The notes under the pieces were generated by a model that was not told where the DNA came from, did not search any database, and worked only from the letters and a program-made list of their open reading frames with translations. Both the position numbers and the translations under genes were made by a program. Positions 38,682-47,146 of a DNA stretch of 51,015 bases are shown piece after piece. Numbering within the stretch: the stretch's first letter is position 1; the number at the start of each line of letters is the position of its first letter. The stretch spans positions 1 through 51,015 of the forward strand of contig JBGTHM010000035.1 of NCBI GenBank assembly GCA_041746255.1, written 5' to 3'. This DNA comes from Fibrobacteria bacterium (lineage in GTDB: Bacteria; Fibrobacterota; Fibrobacteria; UBA11236).

Positions 38682-38784
38682 GTACCGTCCTATTTGAAGT
38701 CCGCTTTATTGTCGGATAATTCGCCGCCCGAATCCATCCTTGTTATCCTCAAAGGCAAGATGGCACATTCAGGGTCCATCGAAC

Positions 38785-39720
38785 TTATTTCTTGAGCAGG
38801 GCGAGCAACACCGCTTTTTGCGCATGCAGACGATTTTCCGCTTCATCGAAACAAACGCAAGCCGGCGATTCCATTACGGCATCGGTAATTTCCTCCCCGC
38901 GATGGGCGGGCAGGCAATGCGACACCAGACAGCCTTTCGGCGCCTTGGAAAGCAATTCCTCGTTAACTTGAAAGGCCTGGAAGTGATCTTTTTTTTCGGC
39001 TTCCCGGCCCTCTTCGCCCATGCTCACCCACACATCGGTATAAATCAAATCCGCATTGGCCACGGCCGCAACCGGCTCATGCACAGTGCGATAGGACGTT
39101 CCTTTTTTTTCAAAGAGCCGGTTGATTTCCTTTTGAATGGCTTCGGGCTGTTCATAACCCCGAGGACAGGCCAAGGTGAAATTCATGCCGAGGTGCCCCG
39201 CCATGGCGGCGATGGAATTCGCAACATTGTTGCCGTCGCCTACGAAAACCAGATTAAGCCCTTCCAGGCGCTTTTTATGCTCCAGAAGGGTTTGCCCCAG
39301 CGCCAAGGCTTGGCAGGGATGGTATTTATCGGTCAGGGCGTTGATAACGGGGACGGAAGCATAACGGGCCAAATCTTCCACCATTTGATGCGAAAAGGTG
39401 CGGGCCACGATGACATCCACCCATCTCGAAAGCGCGTGAGCCGCGTCCGCAACCGTTTCCCGCTTCCCAAGGGCGATTTGACTCGGTGAAAGATAAATGG
39501 CCGCCCCCCCTAATTGCACCATGGCCACTTCGAAGGTGACGCGGGTGCGCAGGCTGGGCTTTTCGAAAATCAGAGCGGCGCTGCGGCCTTGTAATTCTTG
39601 CGAAGGCCCCATTTTTTGAAATTTCGCCTTCACTTCCACCGCCGAGTGAAGTAGCTCCAGGATGCCGGCAGCATCCATTTCCATTAAGGTGACCAGGTGT
39701 TTTGGATTTGCTTTCGCCAT
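38785..39720 (-). CDS. argF: Ornithine carbamoyltransferase
   Basis: FEKPSLRTRVTFE, HPCQAL, GDGNNV, TDVWVSMG, HCLPAHRG and EAENRLH. Confidence 0.96.
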   Translation of the reverse strand: MAKANPKHLVTLMEMDAAGILELLHSAVEVKAKFQKMGPSQELQGRSAALIFEKPSLRTRVTFEVAMVQLGGAAIYLSPSQIALGKRETVADAAHALSRWVDVIVARTFSHQMVEDLARYASVPVINALTDKYHPCQALALGQTLLEHKKRLEGLNLVFVGDGNNVANSIAAMAGHLGMNFTLACPRGYEQPEAIQKEINRLFEKKGTSYRTVHEPVAAVANADLIYTDVWVSMGEEGREAEKKDHFQAFQVNEELLSKAPKGCLVSHCLPAHRGEEITDAVMESPACVCFDEAENRLHAQKAVLLALLKK

Positions 39721-39841
39721 AGCGGATGGCCGTCCCGTAGCTGTTCCGGTTATTTCAAGGATGTTCTGGGAAGAGTAGCTATAATCCCCATGACATTAAA
39801 TGTTAAATTTAACGTCGTACGTCCACCCAAGGGGATACTTT

Positions 39842-40693
39842 TTGCTTCAGGCTCACTGTCCCGCCAAAATCAACCTGTTCCTCGAAGTGCAGGGCAAAAG
39901 AGCCGATGGCATGCACAATTTGGGAACCCTGTTCCAAAGCTTGGAAATTGGAGACGACTTGACGGTCGAGCCCGCGGTGGGGATCACTCTGATGTGCAAT
40001 GAAAAAATAACTCCCGACCCCGATGATAATCTGGTGGTGAGGGCCGCACGGCTCGTAAAAGAGAGCTATTCGCCTAAGGTGTCAGACGAGCAGGGTGCGC
40101 GCTTCACCTTGACCAAGCGCCTCCCCATGGGCGCGGGCCTGGGGGGCGGAAGTTCCAATGCCGCCGCCGCCCTGCGATTGTGTAATCAACTTTGGCGTTT
40201 GCAATTGACCGACGACGAGCTGTTCCCCATGGCGGCGAAATTAGGGGCGGATGTTCCTTTTTTTTTAATGCAAGGGTGCTTTTTCGGGGAAGGCAAGGGT
40301 GAAATCCTGAAACCCGCTCCCGAACCCTTTCCATTCCATGTGGTGGTGGGAACACCTTTTTGCAGCGTGGAAACCGCATGGGCCTACCAGCAACTCCCTC
40401 CCAAAACCGAATTTTCCTGGCCCCGGTTCAAGGCTTTATACATGACCCATAGTGATAATCCCGGGTTTTATCGTATGCTTCGGAACGATTTTGAAGTTCC
40501 CATGCGGTCCCGCCATCCCGAAATAGAGCGCCTTTTCGAAGCTATGGAGGCACTGAATCCCGTGAAATCCTTGTTGTCCGGCAGTGGCGCCAGCGTATTC
40601 GCTCTTTTTGAGGACCAGGCAGCGGCTCAGCGCTGCTTGGAAGGCATTTCCCCCCTATGCCGCTTCGCCTGCCTAACCCATTTTCAGTTATAA
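39842..40693 (+). CDS. ispE: 4-diphosphocytidyl-2-C-methyl-D-erythritol kinase
   Basis: PAKINLFL, LPMGAGLGGGSSNAA, GADVPFF, NDFE and LSGSGAS. TTG 39842 follows AAGGGG; an alternative start is ATG 39800. Confidence 0.93.
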   Translation: MLQAHCPAKINLFLEVQGKRADGMHNLGTLFQSLEIGDDLTVEPAVGITLMCNEKITPDPDDNLVVRAARLVKESYSPKVSDEQGARFTLTKRLPMGAGLGGGSSNAAAALRLCNQLWRLQLTDDELFPMAAKLGADVPFFLMQGCFFGEGKGEILKPAPEPFPFHVVVGTPFCSVETAWAYQQLPPKTEFSWPRFKALYMTHSDNPGFYRMLRNDFEVPMRSRHPEIERLFEAMEALNPVKSLLSGSGASVFALFEDQAAAQRCLEGISPLCRFACLTHFQL

Positions 40694-40713
40694 AGGCTTT
40701 GTTCGGCCCAACA

Positions 40714-40743
40714 TTGAAACTTTCTCCCCATGTTTTGTATTAT
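40714..40743 (+). promoter_or_regulatory. Sigma70-like promoter for tRNA-Gln/rplY
   Basis: TTGAAA-N18-TATTAT ending 21 nt before the tRNA. Confidence 0.5.
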
Positions 40744-40764
40744 TCACCGCTCAAAAAGCGCCGG

Positions 40765-40839
40765 TGGGGCGTCGTCAAGTGGTAAGACAACGGTTTTTGG
40801 AACCGTCTACCGTAGGTTCGAATCCTACCGCCCCAACCA
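40765..40839 (+). tRNA. tRNA-Gln (anticodon TTG)
   Basis: Acceptor TGGGGCG/CGCCCCA plus A-CCA; anticodon arm ACGGT-TTTTGGA-ACCGT; T-arm GTAGG-TTCGAAT-CCTAC. Confidence 0.97.
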
Positions 40840-40940
40840 CGTTTCAATCCAGCTGTAACCGGGAGCCCTGGGTTCCCACACCGCTTGGGATGGCGTCTTC
40901 CTGCTGGAGAAGGCGAATACCAAGACTTTAAGGAAATATC

Positions 40941-41507
40941 ATGGAAACCACTGCTCTTCCCGCCAAAATTAGACCGAAATCAAGCCGCGGCTATTTGAAC
41001 CAGATGCGTCGTGAAAGCCGCATTCCGGCCGTAATTTATGGCCTCAAAAAAGCGCCCGAACAAATCGAAGTCTCCTATGTCGATTTACGTCCCATGCTCA
41101 CCCAGCGGAACAAGCCGATTACCCTGGATATCGAGGGCAAAAAGCAGGACGTGCTCATCAAGGCCATTGAAAAAGAAGCCATCAAAAAAGATGTCCTCCA
41201 CATCGATTTTCTCCGGGTGGACGATTCGAGCCTTGTCATCGTGAACGTTCCCGTCGAAACCACGGGAATTCCGGTAGGCGTGAAAACCGAAGGTGGAGTT
41301 TTCTCCATCATGAAAAAATTCGTCACCTTGCGGGCCCGTATCAAAGATATTCCGGAGAAATTCGTTCATGACATCAGCGACATGCCTGCCGGAAAGATTT
41401 TCTACGTGCGTGATCTGGTTTTCGAAAAAGGCCGGATTCTCACCCCTGCCAAAACCGCTCTATACGGTATTGCGGGCGGACGCAAAGGCGAAGCACCCGC
41501 CGCCTAA
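40941..41507 (+). CDS. rplY: 50S ribosomal protein bL25 (Ctc)
   Basis: RRESRIPAVIYG, LHIDFLRV and GVKTEGG; precedes pth. Confidence 0.92.
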   Translation: METTALPAKIRPKSSRGYLNQMRRESRIPAVIYGLKKAPEQIEVSYVDLRPMLTQRNKPITLDIEGKKQDVLIKAIEKEAIKKDVLHIDFLRVDDSSLVIVNVPVETTGIPVGVKTEGGVFSIMKKFVTLRARIKDIPEKFVHDISDMPAGKIFYVRDLVFEKGRILTPAKTALYGIAGGRKGEAPAA

Positions 41508-41540
41508 ACCGGCTTTGGGCGATTAGGAGACGCTCCGGCG

Positions 41541-42110
41541 ATGTATATCCTCATGGGCCTGGGAAATCCCGGGCCTCGCTATGCCGGTACCCGCCACAAC
41601 ATCGGCTTCGAATTACTGGATTATGCAGCCTCGCACTGGGGTAGCGCCGGGGTCTGGAAGCAAGAATGCAAGGCTTTCACCCAAAAAGTAAGCGTGGATC
41701 AAAAATCCGTGCTCTTGGCTAAACCTCAAACTTTCATGAATCTAAGCGGAGAGTCGGCTCGCGCCCTACTTTCCTTTTATAAAGTTCCGCCTGAAAATCT
41801 GGTGGTGGTTTTTGACGACGTGTCTCTTGACCTGGGCGCCGTGCGTATCCGTCGCCAGGGTAGCGCCGGAGGGCATAACGGTATCAAAAGCCTTATTCAA
41901 CACTGTGGTTCGGACTTCCCCCGGATACGCATTGGAGTGGGCCCCTGCCCTCCCGGCTATGATCTCAGTAATTTCGTACTCGGGAAATTAACCCGCGCGG
42001 AAGAAGATATCCTGCGCGACTTGGGGGATTATTTCCTGGATTTAACCCGCCTGGGATTCTCGGAGGGATGGGACTCGGCCGCCTCTCGCTTCAATCGTCG
42101 CGGTCCCTAG
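41541..42110 (+). CDS. pth: Peptidyl-tRNA hydrolase
   Basis: GLGNPG..YAGTRHNIGF, KPQTFMNLSG and GGHNGIKS. Confidence 0.97.
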   Translation: MYILMGLGNPGPRYAGTRHNIGFELLDYAASHWGSAGVWKQECKAFTQKVSVDQKSVLLAKPQTFMNLSGESARALLSFYKVPPENLVVVFDDVSLDLGAVRIRRQGSAGGHNGIKSLIQHCGSDFPRIRIGVGPCPPGYDLSNFVLGKLTRAEEDILRDLGDYFLDLTRLGFSEGWDSAASRFNRRGP

Positions 42111-42146
42111 CATTCTCTACTCCTCGCAAGCCTCACCGGCACCGAC

Positions 42147-42175
42147 TTGCCTTCAGGCCTTGCCAATGCTATTTT
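42147..42175 (+). promoter_or_regulatory. Possible sigma70-like promoter
   Basis: TTGCCT-N17-TATTTT with an extended -10 TG. Confidence 0.4.
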
Positions 42176-42387
42176 ATCCCCGACTTCTTCTCGGGCCTCT
42201 TTCTGATAGACCGCCCGATAATTTCCGGATAACCTGCTCGATAAAGCAGGGCCCCATTGAGGAAGGACGCAGAAGTATTGGATGGATTGGGGTGATTTGC
42301 CCCCTCCAAGCGTGTCCGTCTTGCAAATTGTTATCTTTTTAAAAAATTGAACGAATTGAACGAGCTCGAAACGAATAGGAATGCACC

Positions 42388-43131
42388 ATGATCGAGGATT
42401 TAAACCTTCTCTTGGAAATGAATCAGCTGGAAAAAAAAGCCTATGAGCTACAGCTGACCAAAAAGGACTTGCCTTCCCGGATTGAGCAGCTTAAACTGGA
42501 AATCGCCCGGGAAAAAGCCCGTTTGGACCAGATCACCCACGCCACAGCCGAGGCGCGCACCAAAATCCAGGAAAACAAGGACTTGGCCGTTCAGGAGCAA
42601 ACCGCCCTGGACGAAAGCAATGCCCGTCTGGAAAATATCAGTACCAACCGCGAATACGACGCGGTGCATACCGAAATTGCCACCCATAAAAAAAACATCG
42701 ATATGGCTCACGCCAATGTCCTGCATTTCCAGCAAACCCTGGAGAACCTTGAGAAGGATTCGGAAGCCATTGAAACCGAGTACAAGCGCGTGCTTGAAGT
42801 CAACGAGCCGGAGTTGAAAAAACTGGAAGAGGAACTGAGTGGTATCGAAGGACGTATCGAAGCCCAACGTAAATTGTCCGAACTTCCGCGCGCCCGCATC
42901 CGCAAACGGATTTTGACTGTCTATGACAGGGTAGTGCAACGCCGCGAAACACCCAATATCATTTCCGCTCTCAACCGATCGAAAAAATACTGCGGCATTT
43001 GCAATCGGACGCAAACCCCCCAGCAACTCATTGAAATCAGCAAGCAAAACGCCTTGATTACCTGTGAGAGCTGCGGATCCATCCTGGTTTGGCAAGAAGA
43101 ATCGGTGCTTGAAGCCAGTGCGCTTCCCTAG
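42388..43131 (+). CDS. Coiled-coil protein with C4-type zinc ribbon (DUF164/CdsZ-like)
   Basis: Long heptad region, NREYDA, CGIC...CESCGSIL. Confidence 0.88.
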   Translation: MIEDLNLLLEMNQLEKKAYELQLTKKDLPSRIEQLKLEIAREKARLDQITHATAEARTKIQENKDLAVQEQTALDESNARLENISTNREYDAVHTEIATHKKNIDMAHANVLHFQQTLENLEKDSEAIETEYKRVLEVNEPELKKLEEELSGIEGRIEAQRKLSELPRARIRKRILTVYDRVVQRRETPNIISALNRSKKYCGICNRTQTPQQLIEISKQNALITCESCGSILVWQEESVLEASALP

Positions 43132-43147
43132 CCGTCGTCCCTAGCTT

Positions 43148-43828
43148 TCACGGCTCGGGTTCCTCTTTGGCTTCCGGAACCGCTTCTCCTTCTACCTTCG
43201 GCGCCTCCGTCTCTTTAGGATTCAGTACTTCCCCTATGGCGCGGGCGGATTCCAAAGCCAGCGACCTTCCCAATTCCTGAAGCACTTCATCGCGAAGCTT
43301 GGGGTCGATTTCGCTCCAACGCGAATAAGCGGAAAGGCTATTCACTCCAATCTGCTTTTCCGCTCTTATGTCCTGACCCGACGACAGCTCCCCGCTTGCC
43401 ATGTCGGAAACTCGAAGTTCGACCACCTGAGAAAAGGTCACTTTCATATGCCAAGGCATCCAAAGCACCCTTTTACTGGCAATATTCACCGGCAAAAGGC
43501 GTCCGTATGCGGCATATTGGCGATTCACCCGCTTGTGTACTTCCTTTAATTCATAAATGTTAGGCACAGGCCCACTCAATATGCCCTGAGTGATCAATGC
43601 CGCAACTTCGTCCATGGATTCCACCTGTATTTCCTTGTCGGCAGCGAGATGCCAATGGATGCTACGGGCCAATTCACCCCCCATAAGGGGTACATCCTTA
43701 TATTCGACTCCCAGAAAAACCAGCGAAGCGGAGGAGGCGGGCCAAAGCCAGCCCAGCAAAAAAATAAAGCAAAGGACTCGGAAGCGGGGACGGCTTCCCT
43801 GCGACATAGAAGTGAAGGACATGGACAT
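43148..43828 (-). CDS. Hypothetical exported protein
   Basis: Signal-like N-terminus and acidic Pro-rich tail; start uncertain. Confidence 0.55.
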   Translation of the reverse strand: MSMSFTSMSQGSRPRFRVLCFIFLLGWLWPASSASLVFLGVEYKDVPLMGGELARSIHWHLAADKEIQVESMDEVAALITQGILSGPVPNIYELKEVHKRVNRQYAAYGRLLPVNIASKRVLWMPWHMKVTFSQVVELRVSDMASGELSSGQDIRAEKQIGVNSLSAYSRWSEIDPKLRDEVLQELGRSLALESARAIGEVLNPKETEAPKVEGEAVPEAKEEPEP

Positions 43829-43875
43829 GCGGTAAGTATCGCGTAATTTTAGGGCTAAGGGAAGCCCAACGGCCG

Positions 43876-45753
43876 TTATCCCCGAAACTCCCTGATTCCG
43901 AAGCGACGCAGGATTTCTTCCAAGGTATATCGAAGTACGATGGTCGCTCCGGATGGGGAGACGTAGGGATTTTGCGTGGCGAAAAGGCTGTCGATAAGGG
44001 AGGTGATTTGCGCGTGATCCATCACGTCACCTAATTTGACTCCCGCCATGCGGGCATAAGCCTGGGCCATGCGCCCCAGCCACCCCTCCTCCGCGCCTCC
44101 TCCCCTGCGGTCCGCCATCAATTCGGTCACCATGGCCTGTATGACTTTGTTGGCGCGAGTGGGATTGATTTCCATGGGTAAACCGCGCAGCTGGAAAGTA
44201 TTGCCCCCGAAAGATTCCAGATCGAAGGCCAGGGATTGGAAATGCTGGAGATTCTCTTCCAGAAACCGGCTTTCGTCGGGTGTGAATTCCAGCACCTCGG
44301 GAAAAAGCAATTGCTGGGAGGCGAAGTGGCCCGGCTTGCGTAAACCCTCCAGCGATTTTTCGTAGATAACCCGTTCATGCGCGGCCTGCTGATTGACCAG
44401 CATTAACCCGCTTTGCACCGCGAAGCAGATAAACCCATTATGGACCTGTAAAAAAGGCACCGCGGAGAAGGCTCCCCATTCGGCGCCGCGCGGCACGGAA
44501 TCGGATGGCCGGAAGGGATAACCTCCGGGCTTCTCGTTTAGGGAAAGCGTACGCGCCGGGGCGCCGGTTCCGGCGGGTTCCGCGCTGAAGAGAAAGTTGA
44601 CCTCATGCCTATCGGCCCCGTCGCGCGCGGGCCCATCCCGTTCGGGCGACCCCCCCGCGACGAATGTGAAGGCGGGAGCGCGCTCATCCGGTTCCCGTGC
44701 CGGGTCTCCTTCCCCTTCTCCGGAAAACGCCCGTTTATCGTCAAGACGTAACGCCGGCGCTTCTACGGTCTTCCGCAACGCCTGACGCACGGCCTGGCTC
44801 ACCGCCCAGAAAATCTGGTTGTCTTTTAAAAAGCGCACTTCCTTTTTGGTGGGATGTACGTTGACGTCCACCTCATCCGGCGGAAACGTCAGGAACAATA
44901 CGCCCATGGGAAATCTTCCCGGCGGCAAGACATCGTAGCCTTGCGCCCACGCCCGGCTGATCAAGGGGCTTTGCACGGAGCGAAGGTTGACATAGAGGTA
45001 TTGATGGCTGTGTTTGGATCGTGCCTGCTGCAAAGTGGAAATGAAACCCTCAATGTGGATACGGCCATCGCTCCAATCCACCGGCACCAAATCGTTGGTG
45101 ACATTGAACCCCAGTACTTCCCCCGTTCGATGGCGCAGAGTTCCTTCGGTAAAACGCAAGAGGTCGCGGCCCTTTTCGCTTACGCGAAAGCTGGCTCCCG
45201 GATGGGCAAATGCTACACGGGTAACCGTGTTCAAAATTTTCAGGGTTTCCGATTTGCCGGTGCCCATGAATTTCCGCCGTACCGGATTATGGGCGAAAAG
45301 ATTCTTGACCGTAACCGTGGTTCCCCTGGTCCGCGAGATTTCCGACACCTGTCCCGCAACGGAATCGACCACCGTCAGCGACGAACCGGTCACTTCGTCG
45401 GCATGGCGGGTTTCCAGTGTCATTTCCGCCACGGCGCCGACGCTGCTTAAGGCTTCGCCCCGAAAGCCATAGGAATGGATACGAAACAAATCGTCTTCAT
45501 CGCGAATTTTGCTGGTACTGTGCGGCAACCACGCCAATTGCAACTCTTCCCGGGTCATGCCCGATCCGTCGTCAATCACGCGTACCAGTTCTTTTCCGCC
45601 GTCTTCCAGGAGAATGGTGATTTTTCGCGCTCCGGCGTCCAGGGCGTTCTCCACCAGTTCTTTAACGGCATTGGCCGGTCTTTCGATGACTTCACCGGCC
45701 GCTATTTTATGAACGGTGGCATCCGGAAGAACGGCTATGGAGGGGCTTTTCAT
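43876..45753 (-). CDS. mutL: DNA mismatch repair protein MutL
   Basis: IAAGEVIERP, KELVENALDAGA, GFRGEAL and VDVNVHPTKKEV; C-terminal NQQAAHER and QQLLFP. Confidence 0.96.
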   Translation of the reverse strand: MKSPSIAVLPDATVHKIAAGEVIERPANAVKELVENALDAGARKITILLEDGGKELVRVIDDGSGMTREELQLAWLPHSTSKIRDEDDLFRIHSYGFRGEALSSVGAVAEMTLETRHADEVTGSSLTVVDSVAGQVSEISRTRGTTVTVKNLFAHNPVRRKFMGTGKSETLKILNTVTRVAFAHPGASFRVSEKGRDLLRFTEGTLRHRTGEVLGFNVTNDLVPVDWSDGRIHIEGFISTLQQARSKHSHQYLYVNLRSVQSPLISRAWAQGYDVLPPGRFPMGVLFLTFPPDEVDVNVHPTKKEVRFLKDNQIFWAVSQAVRQALRKTVEAPALRLDDKRAFSGEGEGDPAREPDERAPAFTFVAGGSPERDGPARDGADRHEVNFLFSAEPAGTGAPARTLSLNEKPGGYPFRPSDSVPRGAEWGAFSAVPFLQVHNGFICFAVQSGLMLVNQQAAHERVIYEKSLEGLRKPGHFASQQLLFPEVLEFTPDESRFLEENLQHFQSLAFDLESFGGNTFQLRGLPMEINPTRANKVIQAMVTELMADRRGGGAEEGWLGRMAQAYARMAGVKLGDVMDHAQITSLIDSLFATQNPYVSPSGATIVLRYTLEEILRRFGIREFRG

Positions 45754-45760
45754 GGGCAAA

Positions 45761-45789
45761 AGGATAGTTTGTGCAGGGATTCCAGGCAA
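45761..45789 (-). promoter_or_regulatory. Sigma70-like promoter of mutL
   Basis: Minus strand TTGCCT-N17-TATCCT, 7 nt before the ATG. Confidence 0.5.
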
Positions 45790-45875
45790 TTCAAAAACAG
45801 CACTAAAATCTAAACCCTAAAATCAAAACTTCCTCCAAAAATGCCACTTTGTTTCCCTCTGATCCGGCCCATTAC

Positions 45876-45908
45876 CCTATTGAGCCGATAGGTTTGATAT
45901 GGTATATT
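45876..45908 (+). promoter_or_regulatory. Promoter and putative Rrf2 operator of the cys operon
   Basis: TTGAGC-N17-TATATT with extended TG; palindrome CCTAT-N7-ATAGG (45876-45892) over the -35. Confidence 0.55.
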
Positions 45909-45914
45909 AAAGGC

Positions 45915-46358
45915 ATGAAGGTGACCTCTAAAACCGTCTATGCCTTGCACTTCCTCTGCGCCCTGGCCATAAAGTCGCGCAATGGAGAAACGAAGCCGGT
46001 CCATTTACGCGAAATCGCCGAAGAATATAAAATTCCCTTCAAATTCCTGGAACAAATCGCCATCCTCATGAAGAGCGTAGGTTTGGTCAAGGGGGCTCGG
46101 GGAAAGACCGGTGGTTATCAACTTTCGCAAGAGCCGGAGGTGATATCCCTGGCTCACATTCTCAAGGCCACCGAAGGCGAGCTCTTTCCTTTAGCCGCGG
46201 TTGAAGGAGGCAGTGCGGTAGTGAATGCCTTGTTGGCCGAGACCTTCGCACAAGGGCGAAGATTGGTCGAGGAAAAACTGGGCGGCGTTTCGCTGGCGGA
46301 ATTGGCCGATAAGGCCCGCGCCGATATGGAACCGGCTTATATGATGTATTACCTATGA
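45915..46358 (+). CDS. Rrf2-family transcriptional regulator (CymR-like)
   Basis: YALHFL, EIAEEYKIPFKFLEQI, GLVKGARGKTGGYQL and EG; lacks the IscR Cys triad; ends YMMYYL. Confidence 0.9.
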   Translation: MKVTSKTVYALHFLCALAIKSRNGETKPVHLREIAEEYKIPFKFLEQIAILMKSVGLVKGARGKTGGYQLSQEPEVISLAHILKATEGELFPLAAVEGGSAVVNALLAETFAQGRRLVEEKLGGVSLAELADKARADMEPAYMMYYL

Positions 46359-47116
46359 TTACCACCTCCACCCCGTCCAGCAACAGGCAGCCTGCAACCA
46401 TGACCGTAGAATACACTCCGGAATTCGCAGAACGGCTCAATGCGGAGTTCGCCGCCTTGAGCGCCGACGAACGCCTCCGCCGGTCTTTCGAACTTTTCGG
46501 AGACGGGCTCATCGCCACCACCTCCTTTGGTCGCGACTCCGGCCTTTTACTCCATCACCTGTACCGCGCCAAAACACCTATCCGGGTTTATTTCATCAAT
46601 ACCACTTTTCATTTCACGGAAACCCTGGCCTATCGCGATACCCTCGTCTCCGCTTACGGCATCCGCCTCGAAGAAATGCATCCGGACGATCCCGACAATC
46701 GCCGATACGCCATGGAAGTCGCCAATATCACCCGAATCAGCGATACCACGGCCTGCTGCGCCATTAATAAAGTGGCCGTGCAGGCCCGCTTCATGGGCCG
46801 CAGCGACGTTAAGGCGGTCATTTCAGGATTAAGGCGCGATCAATCCGAAACGCGTAAAGACACACCTTTCGTGCAATTGCAGCGCAGCGGTAAATTCAAG
46901 CTTTGCCCCTTCGCCGACATGCCCATGCAGGATGTCGATTTATACCTGCGTCTGTGGGAAGTACCCGAGCATCCCTTGGCTGCCCAAGGCTATACCAGCA
47001 TCGGATGCAGTCCCATTACCTGCACCAGCAAACCCCTGGACGGCGACGCCCGCTCCGGGAGGTGGTCCGGTGAGCAAAAAACCGAATGTGGCTTGCATCT
47101 CGATTTCAACCTGTGA
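46355..47116 (+). CDS. cysH: APS/PAPS reductase
   Basis: TSFG, NTTFHFTET, CC pair, GLRRDQS, GYTSIGC, RSGRW and ECGLH. The start may be ATG 46400. Confidence 0.92.
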   Translation: MITTSTPSSNRQPATMTVEYTPEFAERLNAEFAALSADERLRRSFELFGDGLIATTSFGRDSGLLLHHLYRAKTPIRVYFINTTFHFTETLAYRDTLVSAYGIRLEEMHPDDPDNRRYAMEVANITRISDTTACCAINKVAVQARFMGRSDVKAVISGLRRDQSETRKDTPFVQLQRSGKFKLCPFADMPMQDVDLYLRLWEVPEHPLAAQGYTSIGCSPITCTSKPLDGDARSGRWSGEQKTECGLHLDFNL

Positions 47117-47146
47117 TTCAAACCGTAGCGAGGGAATGGAGTTAAA

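Noticed and set aside
37809..39489. Long plus-strand ORFs 37809..38795 and 38740..39489 (and similar antisense ORFs elsewhere)
   Set aside because: They are antisense shadows of well-supported genes in GC-rich DNA, with no recognisable protein motifs.
42182..42330. SRP RNA, TPP riboswitch, 6S RNA or RNase P RNA
   Set aside because: The diagnostic motifs (SRP GGAAGGAAGCAG, TPP CTGAGA...ACCTGA, end-to-end 6S rod, RNase P GAGGAAAGTCC) were not found by eye.
42346..42363. Tandem AATTGAACG x2
   Set aside because: Only two 9-bp units with no spacers; too short to support a function and not CRISPR-like.
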